This document shows, one piece after another, positions 1 through 11,640 of a stretch of DNA of 64,000 nt. Each line of letters begins with the position of its first letter. Position 1 is the first letter of the stretch. The translations under genes and the position numbers were made by a program. The notes beneath the pieces were generated by a model, which saw only the letters and a program-made list of their open reading frames with translations, was not told the DNA's origin and searched no databases. The stretch is from Carcharhinus longimanus (Eukaryota), in contig JASCQW010000162.1 in NCBI GenBank assembly GCA_030264375.1, forward strand, positions 106,226,979-106,290,978, written 5' to 3'.

Positions 1-501
1 ACATTCCTCATGAACTGAAAATGCAAACAGGTCATTGCTTGACAGAGTAAATCATTGCTTTTAAGCTTGTAGTCCAAAGACATGCTGGTTAGGTGCATTG
101 GCTATGCCAATGATTTAGTGGCAGAGTTGGCAATGTTGCACTGCATGTGGAGCTCCAAGGGAGACACTAAACAAAAACCTTAGGTGCTGTTGAACAAATG
201 CAGATAGTAACAGGAGCTGAGGGAAAAGAAATCCCAGATCATACACACTTAACAGAATGGAAGCCTAGAAAACACATGACTAATGCTCAAGCAACTGTGC
301 AAATTGACCAGGGTGAAAGGGAACATGACAATGAAAGTGAAGAGGAATGTTGTAGTGATGGGGGAAGTATGTGTTTTCTGCAGCTGCAACAGATCCGAAG
401 ATAGTGTTGCCTCTCCAGTACCAGGTTAAAAGAATTGAGATTGGAGACACTGTTGAAGCAGGATTGTAAGGATCCAGTTGCTGTGCTGTGAGCACTGACA
501 T

Positions 502-634
502 AGTAAGAAGTCTCACAACACCAGGTTAAAGTCCAACCAATTTATTTGATCAAAATAAACTGGCTGGACTTTAACCTGGTGCTGAGAGACTTCTTACTGT
601 TTACCCCAGTCCAATGCCAGCATCTCCACATGAC
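502..634 (-). mobile_element. Short Penelope-type inverted-repeat element, copy 1
   Basis: Arms agtaagaagtctcacaacaccaggttaaagtcca / tggactttaacctggtgctgagagacttcttact plus tail ccagtccaatgccagcatctccacat; flanking direct repeat cactgacatag at 493-503 and 635-645; inverted relative to the other copies. Confidence 0.7.
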
Positions 635-649
635 CACTGACATAGCCAG

Positions 650-3075
650 AACTAGGAATGATGGTCTCTTGGAAGAGTTAAGTTCAAATTAAAAATGCAA
701 AGATCCAAAACACAAGAGTGTCTGCTTTGTTAACCGAACGGCATCAATTAGGATAGCATTAAGCAAATGAAACAGATCAAAGGAGTGGTGTGGAACTGCA
801 GAAAGAGGGAGCCATTCCATTACAACAGGTTCCACTTAAACCAGGTCAATATTGCTGTCATGGTGAATTGCACAATTGGGACATGGGGGAAGGAGCAAGG
901 AGGACGAGGGTGAAGGGAGGTTTAGAAATCCAAGTCTGAGGCAGTAAAGCTGAATAGTGATGAGTAAAAGACAAGCAAGGTGGAACAGGAAGGTATACCA
1001 GTAAAAATGCACTGAAAAAAAAAGTCATGCAAAAATTTGAATAAAGCAAGCATTCATAATGAGATGGATGAACTAATGGCACAAAAAAATGATTTGATCT
1101 AATCCCCATTAGAGATAGTTGAAGTGATCAATAGTTCAAAATGTTTTAGGGTACACATTTTGAAACCCCACACAGAATGGAGATTAGCTCTGAGAGAATG
1201 ACATTCAGGGGAGTAGTTTTCAGGTCCCTAGCAATAATGGTGCAAGAAATAACTGGAGCTTGTAGTAAAGGCAATTAAATCATTTGGGGGCAGGGTTCAA
1301 TTCTCCAGACCGGAGAAATTTAAGTTGGCAAAGGTAATCTAGAAAATGAATTTTTAGAATGTTTTCCTGGAAGACATTATGGAACTAATTAACATCTAGC
1401 ATTGTGTAATGAGGTATATGCAGTGAGGTAGGTTTAATTAGTAATGTCATAGCAAAAAATCTGCTGAGAAAAAGAGAGTGGAATTCAGTTGTATTAAGTT
1501 TGAAAGTACTCCAATCCAAAACAAGAATCTCAAACTCAGGAAAAACCAGTTACACAGGTATAAGAGTAGAGCTGGCCAAGGTCAATTTGAATAGACAAAA
1601 TTTGAAACAACATTCAAAAAATACATTCCATAAAAAAACTGAACAATCCATGTGACTGACCCACAGAATTTAAGGGTTATATTAATTGGAAGAGCTGTAT
1701 AATGTTGCAGAGTAGCAGCAAGCCTGATGACTGAGAATGTTTNNNNNNNNNNTCCCTACAGTGCAGGGTATTCAGCCCAACAAGTTTGCACTGATTCTGA
1801 AGTACTACTGTACCCATGTCCTCCCCTCTATTCCTGTATCATATTTACCATGGCTAATCCACCTAACCTACACATCTTTGAACTGTGGGAGGAAGTCTTC
1901 ACCAACAGGGGGGAGAATGTGCAAACTCCACCCAAGATCATTATCAACCCCAGGTCCCTGGAGCTGAGGCAGCAGTGCTAACCACAGGGCTACCCAAAAG
2001 GCCACCAAAAGTCTGAGGGAAAATGGAATGGGAATACACCAGCCAGGAATATAAAAAGATTGCAAGAGCTTTAACAAAAGAAGCTGAGTAGCTAAGATAA
2101 GAGTTGTCTCTGAAATCAAGGGGAACAATTGCAAATCAGTCAGATGTCAGCCATCAGGAAATCAAGGAAGTCTTAGCAATACACTTAAAATCACACCAGA
2201 TCGGACAAAGCCAAAATAATTTTCTGGAAAGTAAATTTGGTTTGACAAATTTAGGAGCTGAGGGTGCAACTGGTTGGGTAGGTAAAGGGGAACCAGTAGT
2301 TTCAGTATACTTGGTTTTCCAAGTCATTTAAGGTGATACACAAGACTAATACACAAGGTGTTGGGTGATACATTAGCATAGAGGGTTGGTTAATGGACAA
2401 GAAACAAAAGCATGAAGATAAAAAGGGGTGTTTTCGTACTTAGGCTGTAGCTTGTAGAATGACAAGGATTAGTGCTAGCACCTCAATATTCAACTTGTAT
2501 TAATGACTTTGACAAAGTGATGTATCCATGATTGCTGACATCTCAAAGCTAGTGGGAATTAAGTTACGAGGAAGATATAAAGGCTGCAAAGAAATATAGC
2601 CAAGATAAGTGGACAACAAGGTTTCAGATGGAATGAGGAGTTTATTCAATTTGATCATACTAGGCAATCAATAATTCCATGTTCAAAAAGTCTTAGTGTA
2701 CTTATAGCAGAAAGTTTAGCATGCAGGTACAGCAAATGAATGAAAGGCAAATGACATATGGCCTTTACTGCAAAAGAGTTGGCATACAGGAATAAGGATG
2801 TGATCTTATTGAAAAATAGGATTATGAAAAAAAACTTGACAGGTTAGATACTAATGGATTGATTCCCCTAACTGGGGAATCCAGAATGTGGGGAGGGGTT
2901 ACAATTTCCAGATAAGAGGCCAATCATTGAGGGCAAAAAGAAAAACTTAAGTGTTATGAAATCTTTGGAATTCTGTACCAGGGTTGTGGATGCTCCATTA
3001 TGTATATTCAAGAGCAGATATGTACAGTTTTTTGATCACTAAATTGGAGTTAGATGTCATGATTGTATTGAATGG
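650..3075 (+). mobile_element. Highly degenerate CR1 LINE remnants, with a SINE inserted
   Basis: Scattered CR1 ORF2-like pieces (tattaatgactttga, gctgacatctcaaagctag, atctttggaattctgtacc); no intact frame; approximate ends. Confidence 0.5.
1850..1990 (-). mobile_element. V-SINE/HE1-like SINE fragment
   Basis: Reverse complement of the same head and core (gcagcagtgctaacca, gagaatgtgcaaactcca); approximate ends. Confidence 0.65.
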
Positions 3076-3837
3076 CATGATGTTAACAGTCATGTGTTTT
3101 ACTTAATTTATTAGTGTCACAAATAGGCTTACATTAACACTGCAATGAAGTTACTGTGATAATCCCCTAGTCGCCACACTCCAGTGCCTGTTCAGGCACA
3201 GAGGGAGGATCTAGCATGGCCAATCTAACCATGTGTTCCTATTGCATATGTTCTTTTATTATGAGGCTGGCTGGCAAAACTCAGGTGAAGGCAGATGAAA
3301 GGATTTGGTAGCTCAAACACATGTAAAGAAAATGCAAATATAATACTGATTAGTTTCATTTTTACAGTAATTTGCTCTTTGGTTCTTTATTCAGCATGGT
3401 TAGAAAATCTGGAACTTGGGGGGGGGCATGGAAAACAGGGATATTTGAGTTCATTTGGTTGATTGTGATGGTCTCCACTACCTGTTTCAATTCACTATAG
3501 TCAACTTTAAGCATAACCATATTGACTGTGCAAAACTTGGATAGACAGGCAAAACAGGAAAGTTGATTTTTAGTGTCTTTATTAATAAACAGCAGTAAAT
3601 ATACCAAATAGGTGAAAATGAAGTTGCGGCTTTAGCAAGTATTCCCACTTAACCTGATTTTTTTCCAGAACTATAGATTTTACAAGTATTAAGCAGTTGC
3701 TTGGAAATACACAATCACTTGTTTTTGCTTTAGAGGCAGACTATGATGGTTTGCTTGCACACTTGTTTCAAAGCAGCACATTTCCAATGAGTGTTTAATA
3801 CAATGCATTTCAAACAGCTGAAAATGGTACATTTAAG

Positions 3838-3843
3838 TTTATT
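3838..3843 (-). promoter_or_regulatory. Candidate polyadenylation signal (AATAAA) of the FLNB 3' UTR
   Basis: tttatt on the + strand about 1.4 kb past the stop codon; further copies at 3578-3583 and 3386-3391. Sequence alone cannot show which is used. Confidence 0.4.
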
Positions 3844-5225
3844 GAGTCNNNNNNNNNNNNNNNNNNNNNNNNNNNNNNNNNNNNNNNNNNNNNNNNNNNN
3901 NNNNNNNNNNNNNNNNNNNNNNNNNNNNNNNNNNNNNNNNNNNNNNNNGTCAATTTCTAGTTACATTAAGCTTTTCACAGTAAGGCACAAAGCATTGTAA
4001 AAACGACAATCAATTCTTCCCCTTGTTTTAAGCTCAACTACAATGTCCAATACCAAAAATCAGCTCAGAGAAAAATATTTTTTAGATGAAGGCCAGAGTA
4101 TAAATAGATTTTAAAGTTCTGTTTTTAAAAAAGTTGTGCAATTTAGTAGCTTTTAATTTCAGTTTAAAACAAAAATATTCAGCCATACAAACTGATCTAT
4201 TCATGTTTCATCAAATGTTATGCACTAGTCAGGTGAGCAACCTTTAACATTACTGCATGGGGCCAGTTCATTTTGATTGAAGCACCAAGGCCAAATATCC
4301 AAGTACATCTAAAAATTGCAGCACTACTGATCGACAGAGGAAAATATATCCTAAAGCAGCTGAATATGTCCAACGAGAAGGAAGTTGGCCTGATCTGCTG
4401 ATTATCCCAGGTTTACCCAATCTGAACATGTGAAGCAGCCCTGGCTTCAAGGGAGGTAGGACCAGAAGACATTTCCCAATTGGGTGTTCACAAAATTTTA
4501 TCTTGGCTACCATCTTATTCCAATTAGTCCTCTACTTAAAATGACACTGCTATTACAGAGCATGCAGCAGACAATGAAACTTGTGATAAAGACAACCACA
4601 GCAGCATGGTTTTTCCCTCAGCAGCACATAATTTAAGATCAGTGTTTATGCAATGGGCAATTTCTGCAGAGATTGAGGCCAGAGTTCTTGAAGCTCCACC
4701 AATTAGCCAATATTACTGCAAAAATCTTTTGATCTGCTCCCACATGCCTGGTGGAAAAACTGCAAAAGACAGTGCAAGTGTCTCCTAATCAAATGGCACC
4801 AAGAAGCATAGCTGACCCCATTATACTAAAGCATGACATCCAAGTAGTAAACCATTTCTAATGGGATTTCCTCATTCCACGTGTCCATCTGACACCTGGA
4901 TAACTGGTTCTGATCAAACTACAGGGCTAGCAAAAAGAAATCCCAATACATTAATCCAGTTTTACAACTGACCCAGTTTAGTTCATATTTAAATATAATC
5001 CATACAATCTTCAGTTTCTACATACAGCTATGGCATTTCTACTCATTACCAAACCCATCCTTTGAAGTTGCTGACTCAACAGCATTTTTGAAAAAAATGA
5101 CATCCATTTTGTAATTTTTAAGCTGTCATGCAATTGCAATGTTGTTTGAAAACTTGAGACACTGAACTGGAGCATTGAATTCAAAGTAACCAGGTCAAGA
5201 CGGAGATGGAGAGAGATGGCCTGTT

Positions 5226-5413
5226 TTAAGGAACCGTAATACGGAATGGACTTCCAGGAATGTGCTCATCACCCCACTTTACAACCAGCGTGTAGTTTCC
5301 CCTCTCCTTCACAACGTACGAAACATTATATTGCTCATTTCCAACATGTTTCACAGATACCTCCTCACACGGAACTGTGGGTCCATGAACACCAACCAGT
5401 AGTACATTAGAGC
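5226..5413 (-). CDS. FLNB: FLNB terminal coding exon (188 nt to TAA; Ig24 dimerisation domain)
   Basis: tgcag|GC TCT AAT...; [62 protein letters not shown]. Confidence 0.94.
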
Positions 5414-6166
5414 CTGCAAGAGGAGGAAGTCATTTATTTATTGTACAAATGGTTAGTTTCACAAACAGAGGAATGGAGTTCAGATTAAAAAAAATCTAAT
5501 TTAAGCACAATATTTAAAAACAGGTACAAATCAAACTGCACAAAAGTTCAAACAGCATCCTACCCAGTACATAGCAAAGAAGAAACTTCAGAACAGTTAC
5601 AAATTGAATAAACCACACTCCCAATTCCAGAGTACTTTGAGCCCTTAGAAATTATTAAACTCTTTGGACCCCAGTTAAAAAGGATTCCTAATGGTCCACA
5701 AAACCACTAAAGATTACTTTTGCCCCATCATGCAGAAACAGTACAATGGGAACAATGTTGTACAGTGGATGCAAAGACCAACATTTCTAGGGCATCAACC
5801 TATAAAACTGAAAGCATTTTTATTTCCCCCAGAAGTCACTTTAAACTATCTTCCTTATATTTTGAAGGTTCTGTCTACTGCCCCTTCAGTCCAAATAAAT
5901 CACTAAAATTAGTAGATGACAAGGGGAGATCCTTGAAGAAATGCAATGGATAGCCAGAAAACTGCTTTCAACAAATTAGTGCATTAAATACTCCTCAATA
6001 CAATAAAAGACCAAGCATTTCATTTTACGTTAAGATCACAGGTGTGCTGCACCACTCATTTTACTTGGTGACTCATCCAAGCCAGTGACATGAGAAATCA
6101 AGTTGCATGAAACCAGACATGAAAACAGTCACTGATTTGAAATTGGAGCCAAGTGCATTATATAAA

Positions 6167-6478
6167 TTTTTTTTTTTAATCCAATCCAATCAAGTCAAAT
6201 TAAACCCAATTCAGAGTCCCAACAAGTTGGGACATTCCCGATCCAAGCTGACAAGACAGGGCTCTCACCTCCTGTCTTGGGCTTGATCTACATGATCCAA
6301 GCTGACTGGAGTAGGTGTAGCTCCTCCTCCAGGGCTTGATCTTATTTGCATCTTAGCCAAAAGGCCGAGATGCCGCTTTAAAAAATTGCTTCAAATGAAG
6401 CTGAAACATAACCTAATGACTTCAACCAAGTGCAGCATGTCGATACTACACTTGATCTTAGCCAAAAGGCCAAGAAGC
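6167..6478 (-). mobile_element. Retroposed element with U2 snRNA-derived 5' head, poly(A) tail and TSD (SINEU/Keno-like)
   Basis: 6442-6478 matches U2 nt 4-40 with 1 mismatch; second U2 fragment at 6350-6373; T11 at 6167-6177; gcattatataaa repeated at 6155-6166 and 6477-6488. Confidence 0.85.
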
Positions 6479-8205
6479 ATTATATAAAATCAGCAAGTAC
6501 AAGGGAATACTCAAAATCTGACACTGCAGAACTGATTGGCTATGGAAGTTAGATGTGCTGACACTATCACATTTTATAAAGTATTACCCAATTTACAACT
6601 CGCTACCCTGTGCCCTGGTATCAAAATTGTAGACAAAATTATTCAAATTCTCTTCCAGCTGATCTCCCCATCATGTACCCTATAAACTCCTTATCCAAAA
6701 CTGTTAGCCACATGCTAATTCACCACATCTGCTGACCAAACTGATTTGAAATCTGAACACTTCAATTTTAGAATTCCCATCAGTTGTCTTGTTCCCTCCC
6801 CATTTCTAAATCTGCTCCAGCCTGACTGTTCTGATTTATCACAAATCATTGTTAACAGTCTTCAGTTTACTCAGCTCCAAGCTCCAGAATACCAGCCTGA
6901 AATTTTAGGCAAGTTCTCCTTCAAAACCACATTTTGTTTATATTTACTTGTCAATAGCTCATGGGTTCTGTGAAATTTTGTTTGACAATGTTATTATAAT
7001 GAAGCTTACCAAAATGCTTCATATACTAAATTTATTCCTAATCCATGTGGTCTTTCTTAAACACCCTGCTTACAAAAAGTTGCAAGCATTAGCAATTTTT
7101 TTGGGACATTCATCCATCAGATATGACTTCCTGGATAGGCCAGCATTTGTCACCCTTAAGGTGGTGGTGAGCTGCCTTCATGAACTGCTGCAGTCCATGT
7201 GGTGTAGGTACACTGTGCTTTTAGGGAAGGATTTTGATCCAGTGACAGTGAACAAATGGTGATATGGTAAAGTCAAGCTAGTGAATGACCTGGTTTGGAA
7301 GGTGTTATTGAAAGAGATTTGAACCATTGTAGATGGTACACAAATACTTAATAGCACTGTCCAATGACACTTTCCATCACTTTGTTGATGGCAGTCATTG
7401 AAATCTACACAAAAACCACTTAGGTCTATGAAACTAAAACGGGTGCTATATTAAAAGTATGTCTTTTAGGCAACTGCAACATTGTACTAAGTTTGCCCAA
7501 AAATTTAGTCCCCAAGAGCTGGAATTCAACCAAAATGGTTGAAGACTGGACAAGAAGCTATGATGCAAAGCTGAAGAATTTGCAACTTTAGCTTTTTTCC
7601 ACAACTGTATCAGTTGCACAAAAAGGGCCTTGCTTAAGCAATGTATAAACTGAAGTTCTGTTGTACACAAAACAAAAATATGCATAAAATTGGTATCACA
7701 AATGGTCAAAGGATTGAGTCTTGAAATCAAATTCAGTCAATAATTTCTGAAAAAGATTAAAGCCGAATTGTGTTATACCAATTTTACATTAAGTTGGCAC
7801 TCAAAGGCTAATAAAGTTAAGCTTATCATAATGAATAGTTATAAGAGAACCATGTATTGGACATATTTGAAACTGCCTTAACTTGTAACCCTCATTAGAA
7901 CTTTAAGTTCAAGCATCCACAACAGTCCCAGGCCAAATAAAAAGGCTCAAAGGATGAAGCGAAGTGCTGGACAAGTTATTCAGTACTGGTTAGCTGAAAA
8001 GCAGGAGACCTCCAAATGCTGCAAGACATTCAAAGCACCTACATATGAATGTAATCCAAGTACGCTCTACACATACCAAGTAGACAATAGGATCAGTTAC
8101 AAAAGACAAAATATACAATAGTCTTAGGCTACAACAGTTTGAGATGTCAGGCTCTATACGGAACTCCATTGTATGAACACATTGAGGTTGGAGTGTTAGT
8201 TTTAC

Positions 8206-8409
8206 CTGCTCTGCTACAATCCACTGAGAAGCAGTTCTTCTGGTCCAGGTTTGCAGCAGAAAGTCCTGCACCACTGGATACCACTTTGCTGCTATCAGAC
8301 GAAAATTTGGGGACAGCACTATAGGAGCTGACAGTAGTGGATTTGGTCACAGATTCTACCATAATAGACGAGCTTTCGTGTGTATTACCACCACTGATCA
8401 GTCGAGCAC
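8206..8409 (-). CDS. FLNB: FLNB exon 45-equivalent (204 nt; hinge 2 and start of Ig24)
   Basis: cccag|GT GCT CGA...GCA G|gtaaaa; ARLISGGNTHESSSIMVESVTKS...SSDSSKVVSSGAGL...VDCSRA. Confidence 0.92.
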
Positions 8410-9277
8410 CTGGGATTGTTTGGTGGAGTGGGAGAGAATTGCAAAAAGAAAAATTAATCATTCATCTCTTGATCTTAAAAGCAGCATAGTCAGTCAATAA
8501 AACAGATGTCACATCTTCAGTCTGTTAAGTCCTCAGTTTCTACTGGCTTTGTGGACCAATGGATAAGTTAGTGTACATGAACACATTGGACAATTTTAAA
8601 AGAATCAGCTCATTGTTCCACTAAGTCCATTCCACAAGAAGTTGTAAATTAAGACTGAAAATGATTAATTTCAAGTCACAATTCCACCTTCCAATCTGAA
8701 TACTACAGATGCTAAAACAATTCTTTCCTCAAATCACAATTTTAATGATGCGTAGTGACCAATATTTTTAAGTATAGTCAGCATATTTGCTAAGAGTTTC
8801 TGCTGCAGTGTCACTGAATAGATGCCAGGTTATAACACTGAGCTGCATTTATTGTACAGCCTGACAGATCATTTCAAGAACAAATAGAATATCAGCTGGC
8901 TGGTCATTTCAAGTTGTACTAGAATTTTTAATCTAAATTTTAACAATGCAACCAGTATTCATTTTTTCCTCAATTCCTGGAAGGAACACATTAAATTTCT
9001 CCTAAAATAAATAGCTAAATATTCTTAGGTTTCCACATTCTTGATTCCATGGCATCTGCCAAATAATTTTGTGATTAACAGCATTCTTAAACTATAATGT
9101 TTAAGTTTACTCTCTTGTAGACTACTAAAGCTCTCCTTGTGCTCTTAGATGTATGGGTTGTAGCTGACAAGCCAAGTTCTCACCAATATAACCTGATTAA
9201 TCCAAATCTGCATCAGGCTATTCTGAATCAATTTCAATCTACCCACTTTTAATTTTAGTCTGGTCTATGCTGGAAAT

Positions 9278-9553
9278 GGCAGCATATAGTGGTTAGCACT
9301 GCTGCCTCTCAGCACCAGAGACCCTGGTTCAATTCCAGCCTTGGGTCACTATGTGGAGTTTGCATCTTTTCCCTTTGTCTGTGAAGATTTCATCTGGTGG
9401 TGCGGTTTCCTCAAAGTCCAAAAGATATGCTGATTTAAGTGAATTGCCCATGCTAAACTGACCCTAGTGTCAGGTGATTAGCATAAGGCAAATATATGGA
9501 GTTACAGGAATAGAGCAGACTCAATGGACCAAATGGCCTCTTCTGCATTGTAG
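9278..9553 (+). mobile_element. tRNA-derived V-SINE/HE1-like SINE
   Basis: Head with A/B-box-like tagtggttagc...ggttcaattcc, V-domain-like tgtggagtttgca...ggtttcctc...gtccaaaagat, CR1-type tail aaatggcctcttctgca; approximate ends. Confidence 0.75.
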
Positions 9554-10544
9554 GAATTTTATTTTCTACAACTGCAGATCTTCCTTAGTTCAAAATAAGG
9601 AAATGCTGCATTTGTCACCTGGTTGCAAAATTTCTGCAGCAATAGCCTATAAATATTCGTGGGCATGTGTGGTTACTCAAGATGTTTGATCAACAATGCG
9701 GGAAGCGGTTAATTACTTGTCTTTGACTAATGTAGTTATCTGTAATGCTTCATGTAATGTTTCTGGCAACATTTTTGCAATGACATTATACTTCAGAGAA
9801 GCATTCTGTAACACTATTTAATTTAATCAATAGAACACTGCTTACAGCCATCACTTCTACAATTCTTTGAAACAAAATGCAAAGCAAAGCTCCTTCTACA
9901 TAAATTTGCTGCATAATTAGAGGACCCCCACACCCCAGAATGCTGTCAGGAAAGGAGATACAAAAGTCTGAGGACATGTACCAGACTCAAGAACAGCTTC
10001 TTCCCTGCTGCCAGACTTTTGAATGTACCTACCTCGCATTAAGTTGATCTTTCTCTACACACCAGCTGCGATTGAACACTACATTCTACACCCTCTCCTT
10101 TTCTCTATGAACAGTATGCTTTGCTTGTGTAGCAAGAAACACACTTCACTGTATACTAATACATGTGACAATAATCAAATGCTAGGCTTTGAGAAATTTA
10201 CATTACAAAAGTGACTCAAAATTAGCTGATTGTACAGCATCATGGACTAGTACAGCCAAACGAAAGTATTTGAATAACTTAAGAGTACAACATTCACCTT
10301 AAATTCTAAAAATGCCACTCAAGTTTTAATTTGTCTCTTAAACCATAAAACGGCAAGCATTAATGTTGTAAGCAATAATGCTCATAAGCTATATCGGCAA
10401 GCTATATCAGCAGGATGCAGTATTTATCTAATCAGACCATTTTAACAGGTGAAACAAGATATTTTAATTTTTGGTTTTTGTTTGTAGGCTGATGTAGATG
10501 TGTCCAGTTGGTATACCATTATATAGAAGTCCAAATTATATTAC

Positions 10545-10763
10545 CTGTGACGTTTGCCTTGAAAGGACTTCCCTGGATGTGATATGGTCCTCCATATTTA
10601 ATTCCAATTTGGTACTCTCCTGGTGCCATAGGAGTGTACAAGACCTTGTATCCTTCAGGACAGTCACGACAGTCCATTTTTACTTTAGATGGCCCATCAA
10701 TTGCAACACTAAGTGAGCCTGGGCTGGCATTAGCTGTTTTAACAATAAATTCAGATTGGACAC
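10545..10763 (-). CDS. FLNB: FLNB exon 44-equivalent (219 nt; Ig23)
   Basis: tgcag|GT GTC CAA...ACA G|gtaata; [31 protein letters not shown]...YTPMAPG...GSPFKANVT. Confidence 0.92.
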
Positions 10764-10808
10764 CTGCAAATGAAAAAATTATAAATTCACTATGTATTAC
10801 ATCACATT

Positions 10809-11640
10809 CAGCTGTGGCTCAGTTGGTAGCAATCTTGCTGCTGTGTCAGAAGGCTCTGGGTTTTAAGTCCCACTCCTGGAAGTGTTGCACTGGCAGAGAT
10901 TGTCTTTCATGTGAGATGTTAAACTGAAGATAAAAATTAAAAAGTTTATNNNNNNNNNNNNNNNNNNNNNNNNNNNNNNNNNNNNNNNNNNNNNNNNNNN
11001 NNNNNNNNNNNNNNNNNNNNNNNNNNNNNNNNNNNNNNNNNNNNNNNNNCCTATCCTGGTCACATGCCGGTCACATTCCACTCCCCCCCCCCCCCACCGT
11101 GGAATCAAACCTTACCGGCATGACTTCAGGGCTTTATAACAGCTTTTTGCAGTTTATTTGTTTATTAGTTACAAGTTAGGCTTACATTAACACTGCAATG
11201 AAGTTACTGTGAAATTCCCCTAATTGACACCTTTTCAGGTCAATGCACCCAACCAGTACGTCTTTCAGACTCTGGGAGGAAACTGGAGTACTTGGAGAAA
11301 ACCCATGCAGACATGGGGAGAATGTGCAAACTCCACAGCATCACCCAAGCTGGGAATCAAACCTGGGTCCCTGCATGGTGAGGTTGCAGTACTAAACTGA
11401 GGCACCATCTGCCTGCTCTAGTGGATGTAAAGATAGCACTAACTCAAGGAGTAGGGGAGTTATCCTCAGTGTCCTGACCAATATTTAGTTCTCAATCATC
11501 ACCACAGATCTGGTCATTATCACATTGTGGAACACAATATTAGTTGCCATGTTCCCTGCTTTACAAATGGTGACAATGCTTACCTCATTAGCTGTACATC
11601 ACCTTTACATGTCTTGTGATGTGCAAAAAGCACTACACTT
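10809..11640 (+). mobile_element. Deu-SINE-like element (SacSINE/AmnSINE core), interrupted
   Basis: tRNA-like head gctgtggctcagttggtagc...gggttttaagtccc at 10810-10875; Deu-like core gtggatgtaaaga...ggggagttatcctcagtgtcctgaccaatattta at about 11420-11490; recognised from memory. Confidence 0.6.
11155..11408 (-). mobile_element. V-SINE/HE1-like SINE nested inside a Deu-SINE
   Basis: tgggaggaaactggagtac...gagaatgtgcaaactccaca; tail ttattagt..ggcttacattaacactgcaatgaag also seen near 3110 and 42840. Confidence 0.7.

Noticed and set aside
502-598. miRNA precursor or CRISPR-like repeat
   Set aside because: The hairpin is one of several dispersed copies with TSDs, so it is a mobile element; there is no repeat-spacer array and the DNA is eukaryotic.
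6442-6478. Functional U2 snRNA gene
   Set aside because: Only nt 4-40 are present, with no Sm site or 3' stems, and it sits between TSDs with a poly(A) tail.
9278-9345. tRNA gene
   Set aside because: A/B-box-like head continues directly into a SINE core repeated many times in the window; no cloverleaf evident.
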